Source: Elusimicrobiota bacterium (lineage in GTDB: Bacteria; Elusimicrobiota; Endomicrobiia; Endomicrobiales; JBDRNC01). From it: a DNA stretch of 64,000 nt. The DNA is taken from positions 1-64,000 of the forward strand of contig JBDRNC010000039.1 of the NCBI GenBank assembly GCA_043811535.1, read 5' to 3'. Within the stretch, counting starts at the first letter, position 1, and each line of letters starts with the position of its first letter. The notes beneath the pieces are model-generated. The model searched no databases, was not told the origin of the DNA, and was given only the letters and a program-made list of their open reading frames with translations. A program made the position numbers and the translations under genes. This document shows, piece by piece, positions 39,722 through 50,699 of this stretch.

Positions 39722-40636
39722 TTATCTGAAAAAATCTATGGTCTTTCTAAGGCCTTCGTCAAAACCGACCGACGGCGTCCATCCCAGTATTTTTTTCGCT
39801 TTCTTTATTTTAAGGCAGCTTCTAAACAACTCTCCCGGCCTTGCCGGTTTATAAACCGGCTTTTTCGCGTAACCGGAGATAGCCGCCATTTTTTTGAACA
39901 GCAAATTGACCGAAGAGGCCTGTTCGGTGCCTATATTTGTGATCTCGTTATTTCCTTTTGCAAGGGCCAGCAGGTTTGCTCTTGCAACGTCCTTTACATA
40001 CACGTAATCTCTTTTCTGCCCGCCGTCGCCGAAGATGAATACGTTTTCTCCATTGAGCATCCTGCCGGCAAAAATCGCGACCACGCCGGCCTCGCCGTGC
40101 GGGTCCTGCCTTGGCCCGTAAACGTTTCCGTAGCGCAATGCTGTGAATTTGATGCCGTGGATGCTGCTGTAATAATTCAGGTAGAATTCGATGGCGTGTT
40201 TTGTGATGCCATACGGGGAAAGCGGGCGCCCCTTGAATTTTTCGTCAGGAGGATTTTTGCCGCACTCGCCGTATATAGTTCCGCCTGACGAGGCGAAAAT
40301 AACTTTTTTGACATTATTTTTTACGGCGTTTTCAAGGATATTCAGGGACCCAATAATGTTTATATTCGCGTCAAAAATGGGGTCAGCCACGGATTTTCTC
40401 ACGTCGATTTGGGCCGCGTGATGGCAAACGACGTCAAACTTTCCGCCGGAGAATATTCGGGCGGTATTTTTCGCGTTTCGTATGTCGCAAAAATGGAATT
40501 TCGCTTTCGGATTAAGGTTCGCCCTGCTTCCTGAAGAAAGATTGTCAATAACGACTACTTTGTGCCCTTTTTCAATAAGCAGGTCTGTAATATGCGAGCC
40601 GATAAACCCCGCTCCGCCGGTTACAAGTATTTTCAT
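39722..40636 (-). CDS. NAD-dependent epimerase (UDP-glucose 4-epimerase-like)
   Basis: TGGAGFIGS, YGITK and NVYGPRQDPHGEAGVV motifs. Confidence 0.92.
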   Translation of the reverse strand: MKILVTGGAGFIGSHITDLLIEKGHKVVVIDNLSSGSRANLNPKAKFHFCDIRNAKNTARIFSGGKFDVVCHHAAQIDVRKSVADPIFDANINIIGSLNILENAVKNNVKKVIFASSGGTIYGECGKNPPDEKFKGRPLSPYGITKHAIEFYLNYYSSIHGIKFTALRYGNVYGPRQDPHGEAGVVAIFAGRMLNGENVFIFGDGGQKRDYVYVKDVARANLLALAKGNNEITNIGTEQASSVNLLFKKMAAISGYAKKPVYKPARPGELFRSCLKIKKAKKILGWTPSVGFDEGLRKTIDFFR

Positions 40637-40711
40637 ATTATTGCCTCAATATGTTGTTTTGTATTCTTTCATTCAATATTACACATTCCCCCATTACACG
40701 ATTCATGTCAG

Positions 40712-40909
40712 TCCACCTCCGCCCCGAAACATCGGAACTTCGGCGGATTTTCCGCCGCGGCGGATGAACTTCTTATTCAAATGCCCGATAAATCGGGTGG
40801 AGTTCAATCCTCCTGCGCCCCACACGACGGGGCTTCGGAGGATTTCGGCTTGCTGTAAGCAGTCCCCGAAAATCGGGGACTGCCATTCAAATGCGGGCTT
40901 GCGCCCGCA
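40712..40909. repeat. Cluster of at least six GC-rich hairpins
   Basis: tccgccgcggcgga, cccgataaatcggg, aatcctcc..ggaggatt, gcagtccccgaaaatcggggactgc, tgcgggcttgcgcccgca; ATTCAAATGC at 40775 and 40885. Confidence 0.7.
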
Positions 40910-40914
40910 GAGCC

Positions 40915-42294
40915 TCAATACGCGCCTTTTTTGCTGAAAATCGCCGGAAGCGTGCTGAAAAGAATCTTGACATCCATGCCCATGGTCCAGTTCTCTATGT
41001 AGTAAATATCAAGCTCTATCATTTCTTCATAGCTCAGGGATGCCCGCCCCGAAACTTGCCAGAGACCTGTAATGCCCGGCAAAATCCTGAGCCTTCTTTT
41101 TGCCCAGTCATCATAAGCGGCCGCTTCCCAGAGAACCTGGGGCCTGGGCCCCACAAGGCTCATTTCACCTCTGAGAACATTTATCATCTGGGGTATTTCG
41201 TCGATGCTGAAGCGCCTCAATATTCTCCCGATATTGGTCACTCTCGGGTCGTTGGACATTTTGAAAACCGGGCCCTTTCTTTCGCTCTGTTTCTTGAATT
41301 TTTCCAGGAGCTTGTCGGCGTCCATGACCATTGTCCTGAATTTATAAAAATTGAACGTTTGCCCGCGGTAACCCATTCTCTTATGGTTGTACAGTATCGG
41401 TCCCGGCGAATCCAGTTTTATAAAAATCGCTATGAAGAGCATTACCGGCCAAATTAAAGAGAGGAATATTATGGAGATTATCAGGTCCACCACGCGCTTG
41501 AAATAGAAATTGAACCCGCTCAGGGAGACCGGTTTGAGCTGGAATATCGGCACGCCCAGGGATGAATCGATGGCGATCTCTCCGCGGCAGATGTGGACGA
41601 TATCCGGAATGAATTTAAGGGCGATCTGTTTATTTTCGCACCAGTCGTAGAATTTTAAAAGCACGTTTTCCGGCCACTTGTGATGCGTCAGTATTATCTG
41701 CGCGATATCTTTCTCTATGCTGAGGGCTTTCGCTTTTTCGATATCATCCGATTCATCGCTCGGAAAATAAGTAACCTTAAAATGGGGGTGCTGCTTGAAT
41801 ATGGCTTTGAGCATGTGGTTGTTCCTGCCGAATACGATGACGCTTTCGCTGCCAATGAGGGAGCGAGAGACGTATTTTACGAAGAGTTTCATCGCGATGC
41901 GGATGAAGAACAACAGGACGGTCGCGTTAATGCAGAAAAAGAGGAAAACCAGCCTTGAATAGGAAAATTCCCGGTAGAAGAATATGGCCAGCAGCGTAAA
42001 AAACATGCTGATGGATACGACACGTACTGTGCGGATGAGTTCGTCCAGGGGCTTTAAAAAAAATATCTTATAAAAATCATTTTCATAAAAGATGAACAGC
42101 CACAGCGGCACGATGAACAAAAGAGTGTACTTATAGATAACCCATTCCGGGATTCCTTTGGTTATGGGATAGAAGGATGTGAATCCCGAAAAAAACCGAG
42201 TATGGTACGCCAGATACATGGATAGGCAAAGCGCAAGCGCCTCCAGTATAACAAGCGATAAAAGGATAAGATAATAGGATTTCCTGATTCTCAT
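40915..42294 (-). CDS. Polyprenyl glycosylphosphotransferase (initiating sugar transferase, WcaJ-like)
   Basis: N-terminal TMs; KR..D, KFRTM, DPRVT, DE.PQ..NV..G.MSLVGPRP and PGITGLWQV motifs. Confidence 0.95.
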   Translation of the reverse strand: MRIRKSYYLILLSLVILEALALCLSMYLAYHTRFFSGFTSFYPITKGIPEWVIYKYTLLFIVPLWLFIFYENDFYKIFFLKPLDELIRTVRVVSISMFFTLLAIFFYREFSYSRLVFLFFCINATVLLFFIRIAMKLFVKYVSRSLIGSESVIVFGRNNHMLKAIFKQHPHFKVTYFPSDESDDIEKAKALSIEKDIAQIILTHHKWPENVLLKFYDWCENKQIALKFIPDIVHICRGEIAIDSSLGVPIFQLKPVSLSGFNFYFKRVVDLIISIIFLSLIWPVMLFIAIFIKLDSPGPILYNHKRMGYRGQTFNFYKFRTMVMDADKLLEKFKKQSERKGPVFKMSNDPRVTNIGRILRRFSIDEIPQMINVLRGEMSLVGPRPQVLWEAAAYDDWAKRRLRILPGITGLWQVSGRASLSYEEMIELDIYYIENWTMGMDVKILFSTLPAIFSKKGAY

Positions 42295-42410
42295 AATTAT
42301 ATAGTGAAAAATCCTTCGTACGCCGCGGCGGACCCAGAATGACTTCGCTTATTTATGAAAGCAAAATCAATTTTACTATTTTTGCAGCGAAATTGCAAAC
42401 AGGGCAGGGG

Positions 42411-43526
42411 TTAAAACTGCATGAAGTTTGTGATTGATTCTCTTATTTCGTTCATGAAACGCTTTTCCGAAAAGCGTCTGGCATTCAATATGATTTTTTC
42501 GGCCGAAAACGACGTACTGATACTTTTTTCAACAGCGGCGTTCAGGCTCTCCGGAGTCGATTCGCTGAAAAACACCCCGGTTTCGCCGTTTATGACGGTT
42601 TCCAGCGCCCCGCCTTTTGCGAACGCTATGACGGGCTTGCCACAGGCCTGCGCCTCAACAGCAGTGATGCCGAAGTCCTCTTCCTGCGGGAAAACGAATC
42701 CCCTGCAGCCCGCGTAATAACGCTTGATCTGCTCGTCTGTCAGCCATCCGAGGAATTCTATATTCCCCTTTGCCGAAGATTTCAGTTTTTCAAGTTCAGG
42801 TCCCGAGCCGATTATCTTCAAGGGATATCCGGTGGCATTAAAAGCCTTTACGGCAAGATCCACTTTCTTGTAAGGGACAAGAGCGGAAACGACAAGGAAA
42901 TATCCGCCGTTCCAGTGCTGCGGGTAATTCTCCGTGTCGGCGGGAGGGTAGATAATGTCGGCCTTTCTTCCGTAGAAGTCTTCTATACGTTTCGCGACGT
43001 GGCGTGAAATTGCCGTAAACTTGTCGATACCCGATGCCGTTTGCCTGTCCCAATTCTGGAGCCACGGCCTAAGGAACTTCATTGCAGTTCTGGTCAAAAT
43101 ACCGGATTTTTCCGCGCTGAAATACTGTTCGTACTGATCCCAAATGTAGCGCATGGGAGTGAAACAGTAGCAGAGATGTTTCGCGCCGCGGGGTTTTATT
43201 ATCCCTTTGGCGACGCAATGGCTTGTGGAGATAACAAGGTCGTAATTCCTCAGCTTGAATGAGCGGATGGCGGCGGGCATCAAAGGCAGGTAATATCTGT
43301 ACTTAGTGTCAACAAAAGGAAAACTCTGCAGGAAAGACGTTCTTATAGCGTGGCTCTCGATTGTCCCGGAAACGCTTCCTTTCATCCATAAAAGGGTGTA
43401 AATATCGGCTTGCGGGAACAGTTCGCAGAATTTTTCCAGGACTTTTTCCCCGCCTCTCATTCCGGTGAGCCAATCGTGGACGAGCGCGACTTTCAGATTT
43501 TCAAGCTTAGGCGTAAAACCAGCCAA
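42411..43526 (-). CDS. GT4 glycosyltransferase
   Basis: VHDWL..MRGGEKVL, TPMRYIWD and EDFGI..VEAQACGKPV motifs. Confidence 0.92.
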   Translation of the reverse strand: MAGFTPKLENLKVALVHDWLTGMRGGEKVLEKFCELFPQADIYTLLWMKGSVSGTIESHAIRTSFLQSFPFVDTKYRYYLPLMPAAIRSFKLRNYDLVISTSHCVAKGIIKPRGAKHLCYCFTPMRYIWDQYEQYFSAEKSGILTRTAMKFLRPWLQNWDRQTASGIDKFTAISRHVAKRIEDFYGRKADIIYPPADTENYPQHWNGGYFLVVSALVPYKKVDLAVKAFNATGYPLKIIGSGPELEKLKSSAKGNIEFLGWLTDEQIKRYYAGCRGFVFPQEEDFGITAVEAQACGKPVIAFAKGGALETVINGETGVFFSESTPESLNAAVEKSISTSFSAEKIILNARRFSEKRFMNEIRESITNFMQF

Positions 43527-44179
43527 AATGCCTCCAATATTATGCTGTGGCCGAGTTTGGAACTCCCGTTTTTCCTGTCCGAAAATACAATCGGTATTTC
43601 ACCGAACGAAAAACCTTTTTGCCATGCCCGGTACTTCAGCTCGATAAGGAATCCGTAGCCTTCGGTTTTAAATTTGTTGTATCCTGTCGAGCCGAGAACG
43701 CCGGCCCGTATCCGGTTAAAACCGGCGGTAATGTCAGCCACCGGGATCCCGAGCATGAAACCGGCGAATTTATTCGCGGCATAGCTCAACAGAAGCCTGT
43801 ACCACGGCCATCCGGATATCCCCCCGCCGCTGACGTAGCGCGACCCTATCGCGAAATCGGCATTTGAATCGATCAGTTCCTTTATCTTTTCCGGAGGATG
43901 GGACAGGTCCGCGTCCATCATTATTACGTCTGTATACCCGTTTTCCAGGGCGAAATCAAATCCGTCCCTGTAGGCGGACCCGAGACCTGATTTCACCGCC
44001 CTTCTCATAAGTTTAATCCTAGGCTCGTTCTTATAGGCCGATGTAATCTTTTCCGCCGTTCCGTCAGGGGAGTTGTCGTCTATGATCATGACGTCAAGGT
44101 CATATTTCAACACGCCCGGTATCAATATGTCGACATTCGCTGCTTCATTGTAAGTAGGAATTATCAGCAGAATTTTCAT
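43493..44179 (-). CDS. Polyprenol monophosphomannose synthase-like GT2
   Basis: IPTYNE, DDNSPDGT, MDADLSH, GSRYV and F.DR..G.SK motifs. Confidence 0.9.
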   Translation of the reverse strand: MKILLIIPTYNEAANVDILIPGVLKYDLDVMIIDDNSPDGTAEKITSAYKNEPRIKLMRRAVKSGLGSAYRDGFDFALENGYTDVIMMDADLSHPPEKIKELIDSNADFAIGSRYVSGGGISGWPWYRLLLSYAANKFAGFMLGIPVADITAGFNRIRAGVLGSTGYNKFKTEGYGFLIELKYRAWQKGFSFGEIPIVFSDRKNGSSKLGHSIILEAFWLVLRLSLKI

Positions 44180-45258
44180 GCCGTCAACTCTTCGTATATT
44201 TTCATTGTCCGCTCGGCGGCCTTTTCCCAGGAAAAAATCTTTGCCCGTTCAAGGCCTTTACTGATAAGTTCTTTTCTCAGATTGTCGTTTGAAATCATTT
44301 TATGAATAACCGAGGATATATCCTCGGCACAGTCCGGATTGACCGTCAACGCCGCATTGCCGACCACCTCCGGCAAGGATGACACATTAGACGTTACAAC
44401 GGGGCAGCCGCAGGCCATTGCTTCTAGCGGCGGCAGGCCGAAACCTTCGTATAGCGAAGGAAAGGCGAATAATTCCGCTCCGCAGTAGAAATCGACGAGA
44501 TTTCCGGCTTCAGCGTTCTCGAAATGGAGCACTTCATCCTTCAGAAGGTTTTCCGAAAGGATCCTGTTTATCTGCCTGAGATATTCGGGCTTGCTTTTTC
44601 CGATAATTATGAGTTTGTGCTCTATATTTTGCGACTTCTTCAGCAGGATAAACGCCTCAACAAGCTTAAGGACGTTCTTGTGCGGTCTGACGGCGCCTAC
44701 GTAAAGGATGTACTTCCCGTATATCTTTTTCATGGCGGAGGCCTTTTCAGCGGAGGGGCTGAAGTCGGCGCTGACGCCGGGATAGATGATCTCTATCTTG
44801 GAAGGGTCCGTTTTAAATTGGTCAATGATGTCATTTTTCGTGTGTTCCGATATTGTTATGATTTTTTTGGATTTCCTGCAGGCCGCGGCGAACAGGAATT
44901 TTGAATAGAGGTATGCCGCTTTTGAAGGCAGAAAATGCGGAAAAACCAGGTGAATAAGATCATGGATATTCGCGATCATTTTTCCGCCGAAAAGTACGGG
45001 CACGTTATAATGAGTCGCGTGGTAAAGCGAGATATCATTTTTCCTGAGAAGCCCGGGCATCAGCAGCTGCTCCTTTATTCCGTATATCGGGTAATCAGCT
45101 TCTATAATGGAAAGCCCGTATTTATCCAGCTGATCGCGCCTGCCAATAAGGGAAATATCCAAATTTCCGGTTTTCGGCAGCCTTGAAAGAATATTTTTCA
45201 GCAGGGTGCCAATTCCGGAGTGGTCTATCATCCTTGCGTCAATTGCTATTTTTTTCAT
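44176..45258 (-). CDS. GT4 glycosyltransferase
   Basis: IAIDAR, IHDL and [14 protein letters not shown] motifs. Confidence 0.92.
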   Translation of the reverse strand: MKKIAIDARMIDHSGIGTLLKNILSRLPKTGNLDISLIGRRDQLDKYGLSIIEADYPIYGIKEQLLMPGLLRKNDISLYHATHYNVPVLFGGKMIANIHDLIHLVFPHFLPSKAAYLYSKFLFAAACRKSKKIITISEHTKNDIIDQFKTDPSKIEIIYPGVSADFSPSAEKASAMKKIYGKYILYVGAVRPHKNVLKLVEAFILLKKSQNIEHKLIIIGKSKPEYLRQINRILSENLLKDEVLHFENAEAGNLVDFYCGAELFAFPSLYEGFGLPPLEAMACGCPVVTSNVSSLPEVVGNAALTVNPDCAEDISSVIHKMISNDNLRKELISKGLERAKIFSWEKAAERTMKIYEELTA

Positions 45259-45297
45259 AGTTATAAAAAAATGATTAAAATTAGCTGCTTCCTTCTT

Positions 45298-46419
45298 CTA
45301 TCTTCCGTCTTCCGTCTTAAAAACGTTCCATATATCCTGCGAAGTATTCTTCCAGTTGAATTCTCGCGCCCTTTCGATGCCTTTGGCGGAAAGCTCCGCG
45401 CACAGGCGCTCGTCGGAAATGACCTTTTCAATGGTCTTTATCCAGGCGTCTGTATCAAGCGGCGGCAGCATTATCGCCGCGCTGCCCGCGACTTCCGGGA
45501 TAGATGATGAATCGGAGCATATTACCGGACAGCCGCATGCCATTGCTTCAAGGACGGGAAGCCCGAATCCTTCGTATATCGAAGGGAATACAAAGGCGTC
45601 CGCGGCCGAATAGATGCAGGGCAGGTCTTCCTTGTCCACATAGCCGAGAAAACGTATTCTTTCCGCAACTTCGCTTTGCCTGATTAAATCCATCATCCCG
45701 CCTGTTTTCCAGCCGGGCTTGCCTGTGGAAACAAGCAGGTGAGGTATCCTGCCGCTCAGGTTTTTGAAAGCGTTAAAGGCAGTGATGAAGTTTTTCCTCG
45801 GCTCTTGCGTGCCTACGGCCAGGATATACGGTCTGTCTAATCCGAATTTTAAACTTACCAGTTTTTTTGCGTCCGATTTGCCGATTTTTTTGAATTCCAA
45901 AGAAACCGCGGGCGGTATGACTTTCATGGGTTTCTTTACGGTAGGAAAATATCCGCGAAGGTCGTCTTCGGTGCTTTTTGAATCCGAAATTATAAAATCG
46001 GCCTGCTTGATAGACGGAGCAACCAGGAATTTGTGTATGTACATGTTTCCCGAAGCCATCGTTTCAGGGAAGCGCTTGTAGACAAAATCGTGCAGAGTGA
46101 GCACTTTCCTTATCCTTTTCAGCGTCAAAAGCGGCAAGACATGCAGCGGTCCCCAGAAAACATCAAGGTTATCTTTCTTTATCATGAAAGGCAGGACGGT
46201 CTGAACCCATACGGAGCCGTACATGCCGCCGTTCCCGAACCTGAGACTGAAATTAGCGGGCAGGCCCGGATAGATAATCTTTTTCTGGGCGTAAAGATAT
46301 ATTGTGTTCGCCGGATCAAGCGCCTCTTCCGGCAGATTATCAAGGACGTTCTTCAGGTAAACGCCTATTCCAGTATACTGCGTAGTTGCGAGTGGCCGCG
46401 CGTCAATTCCTATTTTCAC
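45298..46419 (-). CDS. GT4 glycosyltransferase
   Basis: IGIDAR, EPRKN and EGFGLPVLEAMACG motifs. Confidence 0.92.
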   Translation of the reverse strand: MKIGIDARPLATTQYTGIGVYLKNVLDNLPEEALDPANTIYLYAQKKIIYPGLPANFSLRFGNGGMYGSVWVQTVLPFMIKKDNLDVFWGPLHVLPLLTLKRIRKVLTLHDFVYKRFPETMASGNMYIHKFLVAPSIKQADFIISDSKSTEDDLRGYFPTVKKPMKVIPPAVSLEFKKIGKSDAKKLVSLKFGLDRPYILAVGTQEPRKNFITAFNAFKNLSGRIPHLLVSTGKPGWKTGGMMDLIRQSEVAERIRFLGYVDKEDLPCIYSAADAFVFPSIYEGFGLPVLEAMACGCPVICSDSSSIPEVAGSAAIMLPPLDTDAWIKTIEKVISDERLCAELSAKGIERAREFNWKNTSQDIWNVFKTEDGR

Positions 46420-46558
46420 CTGAATATGCTCCTATAACTGAATGAAATTACATGCAAATATGGCAAGCCCATGTATAGTCTTGCTGATATAACAAATCTC
46501 AGGTGACCCGCCGAAGCAATGTCTTTTTGGCGACATGTCTTGCGCAGGAGGGTCATAA

Positions 46559-47815
46559 TCATCCTGATACATGAGAAGCATCGCTTCTCATGTAAGTTTC
46601 ATATGTTTTTATCGCTTTAATCAACGGTAAAACGCACAACGCTATTATAATCAGCTGGGTAGCCAGCACCGCAGCCGCGGCTCCGGGCGTTCCCCACTTG
46701 TAAATGAAGGTAATGGTCAGCAGTATGTTCAGTATAAGGGCTATCAGCTGGTTCAGCGCGTGCCTTTTTTGCTTTTCAAGTACGACCATTAGGTATATAG
46801 CTATATGAGAGAAAAATGCCGCTCCGTTTGCCAGCGCGAGAATGGAAAGGACGGGCGCGGCTGTCATGTAGCGCTCGCCGTAAAGAAAGTTTATTATCGG
46901 GCCGGAAAAAAAGAAACCGGCTGTCATCCAGGCGGCCGCAAGAGCGAACGCGAAAACAGCTATTCTTTTGATCCTGGCGATGAAATGAGCGTAACCCTGT
47001 TCTTTCGCCCTTAAAAGAAGAGGGGTAGTGACCAGCATCAGCGCCGCGGGAACGGCGTAAACCATTTCAAATATCCTGAAAGCCGCTCCGTAGATGCCTG
47101 TTTGTTCCGTGCCGGTCAGCCACGTAAGGAAAATTGAGTCGGTGCGGAGATATATTATGCCGAAAATGTTGGCTACGCCGAAAGGCAGGGCTATCCTAAA
47201 AAGGTCCTTTATCTCGCCGATGCCCGCCGGCGCGAATTTTATACCCTTGGTTTTCATGAATATCATCCCTGCGGCAAGGGCCCCGATAAGGCTTCCGGAA
47301 AAATACACCATTGTAACATTGAGCAGGTTCACTTTTCCGGCGATGAAGAGGAATACCATCCCGGCGATCATGAGGAACCGCGAAGACAGTATCACGTTCG
47401 CGGCGCTTTTGAAATCATGAGTCGCGTTGCAGAAAAGCTGATAGAAATCCACAAAAGAATTGCCTATCATCCATCCGACCATCGCCAGCAGTATCACGGG
47501 ATATTTCCACGGCCAAAGCGCCGGAAGCAGGAGTACGGAAAGAAGCAGGACGGCGATGCTCATCAAAAACTTGAGCGAGATTCCCTGGTTCCAGTAACTT
47601 TCGATATTTTCGGGTTTTTCCCCGGCTTTTTTCAAAAGGTAGGTATTCGCGCCCATTTCGGTAAAAACATAAAACAGGTTCGCGAGAACCATCGCGTATG
47701 TCAGCAGGCCGAAATCGCTGACAAGCAGTTTTCTGGCTATGAGAATGTTCAGGCCCAGCAGAATGAACCTGGAAAGCATGTCAAGCCCGAAACGCATGAT
47801 AAACGCGCGAATCAT
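46559..47815 (-). CDS. wzx: Wzx-type polysaccharide flippase
   Basis: About 12 TM segments; D.I.L, G.Y.AA.R and G..GAA.A patterns; start at 47815 overlaps the upstream stop. Confidence 0.85.
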   Translation of the reverse strand: MIRAFIMRFGLDMLSRFILLGLNILIARKLLVSDFGLLTYAMVLANLFYVFTEMGANTYLLKKAGEKPENIESYWNQGISLKFLMSIAVLLLSVLLLPALWPWKYPVILLAMVGWMIGNSFVDFYQLFCNATHDFKSAANVILSSRFLMIAGMVFLFIAGKVNLLNVTMVYFSGSLIGALAAGMIFMKTKGIKFAPAGIGEIKDLFRIALPFGVANIFGIIYLRTDSIFLTWLTGTEQTGIYGAAFRIFEMVYAVPAALMLVTTPLLLRAKEQGYAHFIARIKRIAVFAFALAAAWMTAGFFFSGPIINFLYGERYMTAAPVLSILALANGAAFFSHIAIYLMVVLEKQKRHALNQLIALILNILLTITFIYKWGTPGAAAAVLATQLIIIALCVLPLIKAIKTYETYMRSDASHVSG

Positions 47816-49275
47816 TGTTCCCGCCCCGAAAGCCCGCCTGTATCGGCCCAAAGCGCGGCGACAGTAAGACAGAATACAGTCGCGACCTCAGTCATAAGAA
47901 GATGCGGGCCAATATTTAGCAGGATTATCATGATCAGAACCGATAGCGACAGGATAACGGAGTTTGTCGAAGCTGCTTTTGGTTTCATCAGCAGATTAAC
48001 GGCCGAAGCGGCCAGCCTCGCGAAAAATACCGCGAATAAGATAAATCCGATAATTCCCATCTCGGCGGCGGCTTGCAGGAAATAATTTGCGGTGTTCTCG
48101 TTATTATTCACGTGTGCGGGAATTGTTTTCTGATAAACGGGGGCCGCCATAAGATAACGTCCCGCGCCTGTTCCGGCAGGAATATTGTCTTTAAAAACCA
48201 TCCATCCCAATTCCCAGTACGGAATTCTAGGTTCAACAATATCCGTTAAAAATGTGAAAGGCTTTCCGTCGCCGGAGATGTTCCGGCCCTTTAATTCATA
48301 GAGGCGCATGGTTGCAGGCGAACGCATCATGAAGAGGGAAGATATCAGTACAACCACTCCTATCAGCGAAAAAAGTATGAATTTTCCGATTCTCTTCGTG
48401 ACCGCAAGAAAGAAGACGGTAAAGACGAGAAAAGCGAATAGTCCGATAATCGCAGAACGGCTTCCCGAATAGTACATGATCAATACCATCACGGATATCC
48501 CCGCGAACAACAGGTACCGCAGTCTGTTTTTTATTCCCAGGAAAAGGCATATCAGCAAAGGTATGCTCATGAGAAAAAGGTAGCAGAGCGAATTCGGATC
48601 CGCGCTTGCTCCCGTTATGCGCTCAAGCGGCGTTGCAAACATGGGTGGCATCGCGAAATTGACGTCAAAAAACTTCTGATAAACGCCGAATTCAATGGAT
48701 ATCAGGATGCCGGCGGCAAGGAACGCTATCGAACTTTTCAGGCAATTAAAACGCTTCAGCCAGTCGTAAAAAGCTATAAGCAATACCGGTACCATGGACC
48801 ATTGCACAAATCCCAGTATTATCCATCCGACAGCGTTTTTCAATCGGACCTGCTCGCCCAGATACAGGGTCGCGACCGTGGAATTCCATTCAGGAAAATA
48901 AGAGAGGTATTTTGAAAATGAGTAGAGCGTAGAAAGAAGAGTTATAAGGAGCATGGAGATGAGGATCCATGACTCTTTCGGCATCTCAAGGCGCAATTTG
49001 TTTCTGTAAAGATAAATATAATATCCGGCGAGCCATCCCGAGACAGGTATTAGAGCCGCCGGGATGACGTAATAACGGAACAGCGTGTTGCTTAAGACGT
49101 CTATCCACGGTATGAAGAAAAAAAGAAGGCACCCTCCCAGTTTTGGATTCCGGGCCGTGACCGCTATCTGGAACGCTGAAAGCAGAAGGAGCAGGATGAC
49201 CGGGGAGCTTTGAGATACCAAGGCCCAGGTATTAATTATGAAGATTAATGAAAAAATAAGATAAATTGTGCTCAC
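47812..49275 (-). CDS. O-antigen ligase/polymerase family membrane protein
   Basis: Multi-TM; R..G...DPN, SGSRSA, G.G.G.Y and N..LQ...E.G..G motifs. Confidence 0.8.
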   Translation of the reverse strand: MSTIYLIFSLIFIINTWALVSQSSPVILLLLLSAFQIAVTARNPKLGGCLLFFFIPWIDVLSNTLFRYYVIPAALIPVSGWLAGYYIYLYRNKLRLEMPKESWILISMLLITLLSTLYSFSKYLSYFPEWNSTVATLYLGEQVRLKNAVGWIILGFVQWSMVPVLLIAFYDWLKRFNCLKSSIAFLAAGILISIEFGVYQKFFDVNFAMPPMFATPLERITGASADPNSLCYLFLMSIPLLICLFLGIKNRLRYLLFAGISVMVLIMYYSGSRSAIIGLFAFLVFTVFFLAVTKRIGKFILFSLIGVVVLISSLFMMRSPATMRLYELKGRNISGDGKPFTFLTDIVEPRIPYWELGWMVFKDNIPAGTGAGRYLMAAPVYQKTIPAHVNNNENTANYFLQAAAEMGIIGFILFAVFFARLAASAVNLLMKPKAASTNSVILSLSVLIMIILLNIGPHLLMTEVATVFCLTVAALWADTGGLSGREQ

Positions 49276-49826
49276 TACTTTTTTGCCTCGAGAACGATAT
49301 GCATTTCCATCGCGGGAAAGATAAAGGGCAGAAATCTTTCGTAGAATGTAGGGAATTTTCTTGAAATGAATTGTATCCCGAGAAGTTTGCAGGGAATTAC
49401 CGGTAGGGAATCGTGGAGTTTCCAGAAACTCAGTTCTCTTTTGATAAGAGCGAATTTCGGCTCGTTTCCCGAATATGACCCCCGCAGGCCGCAGTAGGAG
49501 TCGAAGACCTTGAGCGAAAAATAATGCTTGTGGCTAAGGTCCGAGAAAGCGTTGAGCGAAGAGAAATGCGGCGTGAATACTTCGACGTGCCCGCCGTTCT
49601 TAAGGACCCGGTGGGCCTCTTCGATCGCCTTTTCAGGATTCGAGAGATGTTCGAGTGAGTGCCTGAAATATACGGTGTCGAATGAATTGTCCTCAAGCGG
49701 GTACGGGAACTTATCCAGGTCCCATTGTACGTCGACTCCCGGCAGACGGTTCATGTCAACGCCTACCGCGCTCGGAATCTTCGCCATTCCGCAGCCCATG
49801 TCCAGTATTTTTTTGTTCATATTCAT
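49275..49826 (-). CDS. Class I SAM-dependent methyltransferase
   Basis: LDMGCG, LEH and RVLK.GG motifs. Confidence 0.88.
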   Translation of the reverse strand: MNMNKKILDMGCGMAKIPSAVGVDMNRLPGVDVQWDLDKFPYPLEDNSFDTVYFRHSLEHLSNPEKAIEEAHRVLKNGGHVEVFTPHFSSLNAFSDLSHKHYFSLKVFDSYCGLRGSYSGNEPKFALIKRELSFWKLHDSLPVIPCKLLGIQFISRKFPTFYERFLPFIFPAMEMHIVLEAKK

Positions 49827-49935
49827 ATTATCCGCCTTCGTTATACGCGGTATCAATATACATGGCTATCCGCCATATTGATACCGCAACTTCGGTGGAT
49901 CTCGCTGAAGAACTCAGAGAGACCGCATAAGGTGC

Positions 49936-50676
49936 TCATTTCACTAGCAGTGTTATGCCGTGGCTTTTTTTTCTGAACAGAATGATATATATGGCCGCGA
50001 GACTTCTCAGAATGCCGAGTTTGAAAATCAGTTTCAGCGCCGGCCTATCGGGCCTGTCGTATATGGCCTTGCCGATGTGTATGATCCGCGGGAATATTTT
50101 GTAACCGCTGAAGCCTATCTTTTTTGACAGTTTGACGACTTTGCCCGGATGCATGGCCTTTTCGGTGACGCCGTATTTGTTCACGGCGTTCTGCGAGATG
50201 GAGTTTTTATCGTGGTTCTTACCGGGTTCCACGGCCACGCAGATGCCGCCGGGCTTGAGCGCCTTGTAGACCATTTTCAGCGCAGTTTCCTCGTTCACCG
50301 CGTGGTGCAGCGAATCATAGAATACGGCGCAGTCAAACTCGGAGTCAAAACGCATGTCTTCGTAATCGGACACAATGAATTTTATGTTCGCGATACGTTC
50401 TCTTTCCTTGTTGCTGTTGGCGCAGTCTATCATGTCCGCTGCGATATCCTGTCCCGTGACCTCATATCCTCTTTTCGCGAAAATACAGCTTGTCCATCCG
50501 GTCCCGCACCCGAGATCAAGAAGCTTTGCCGGCGGCGGCGGGAGCAGTTGGAACACAACGCCGAGGTCCATGAAGTATTTGCCGCAATTCTCGTCGGAAT
50601 ACGGCTTATTGGATGCGTGGTTGACGCCTTCCTTCCCGATATTCTTCAGATAATCTATTTCACCCTGTTTAGGCAT
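49936..50676 (-). CDS. Class I SAM-dependent methyltransferase
   Basis: LLDLGCGTGW, SLHH and LKPGG motifs. Confidence 0.88.
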   Translation of the reverse strand: MPKQGEIDYLKNIGKEGVNHASNKPYSDENCGKYFMDLGVVFQLLPPPPAKLLDLGCGTGWTSCIFAKRGYEVTGQDIAADMIDCANSNKERERIANIKFIVSDYEDMRFDSEFDCAVFYDSLHHAVNEETALKMVYKALKPGGICVAVEPGKNHDKNSISQNAVNKYGVTEKAMHPGKVVKLSKKIGFSGYKIFPRIIHIGKAIYDRPDRPALKLIFKLGILRSLAAIYIILFRKKSHGITLLVK

Positions 50677-50699
50677 GTGAGTTGGTTGAAAAATCCTTT

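Noticed and set aside
40482..40937. ORFs crossing the hairpin cluster
   Set aside because: Open frames produced by GC-rich palindromes, overlapping real genes.
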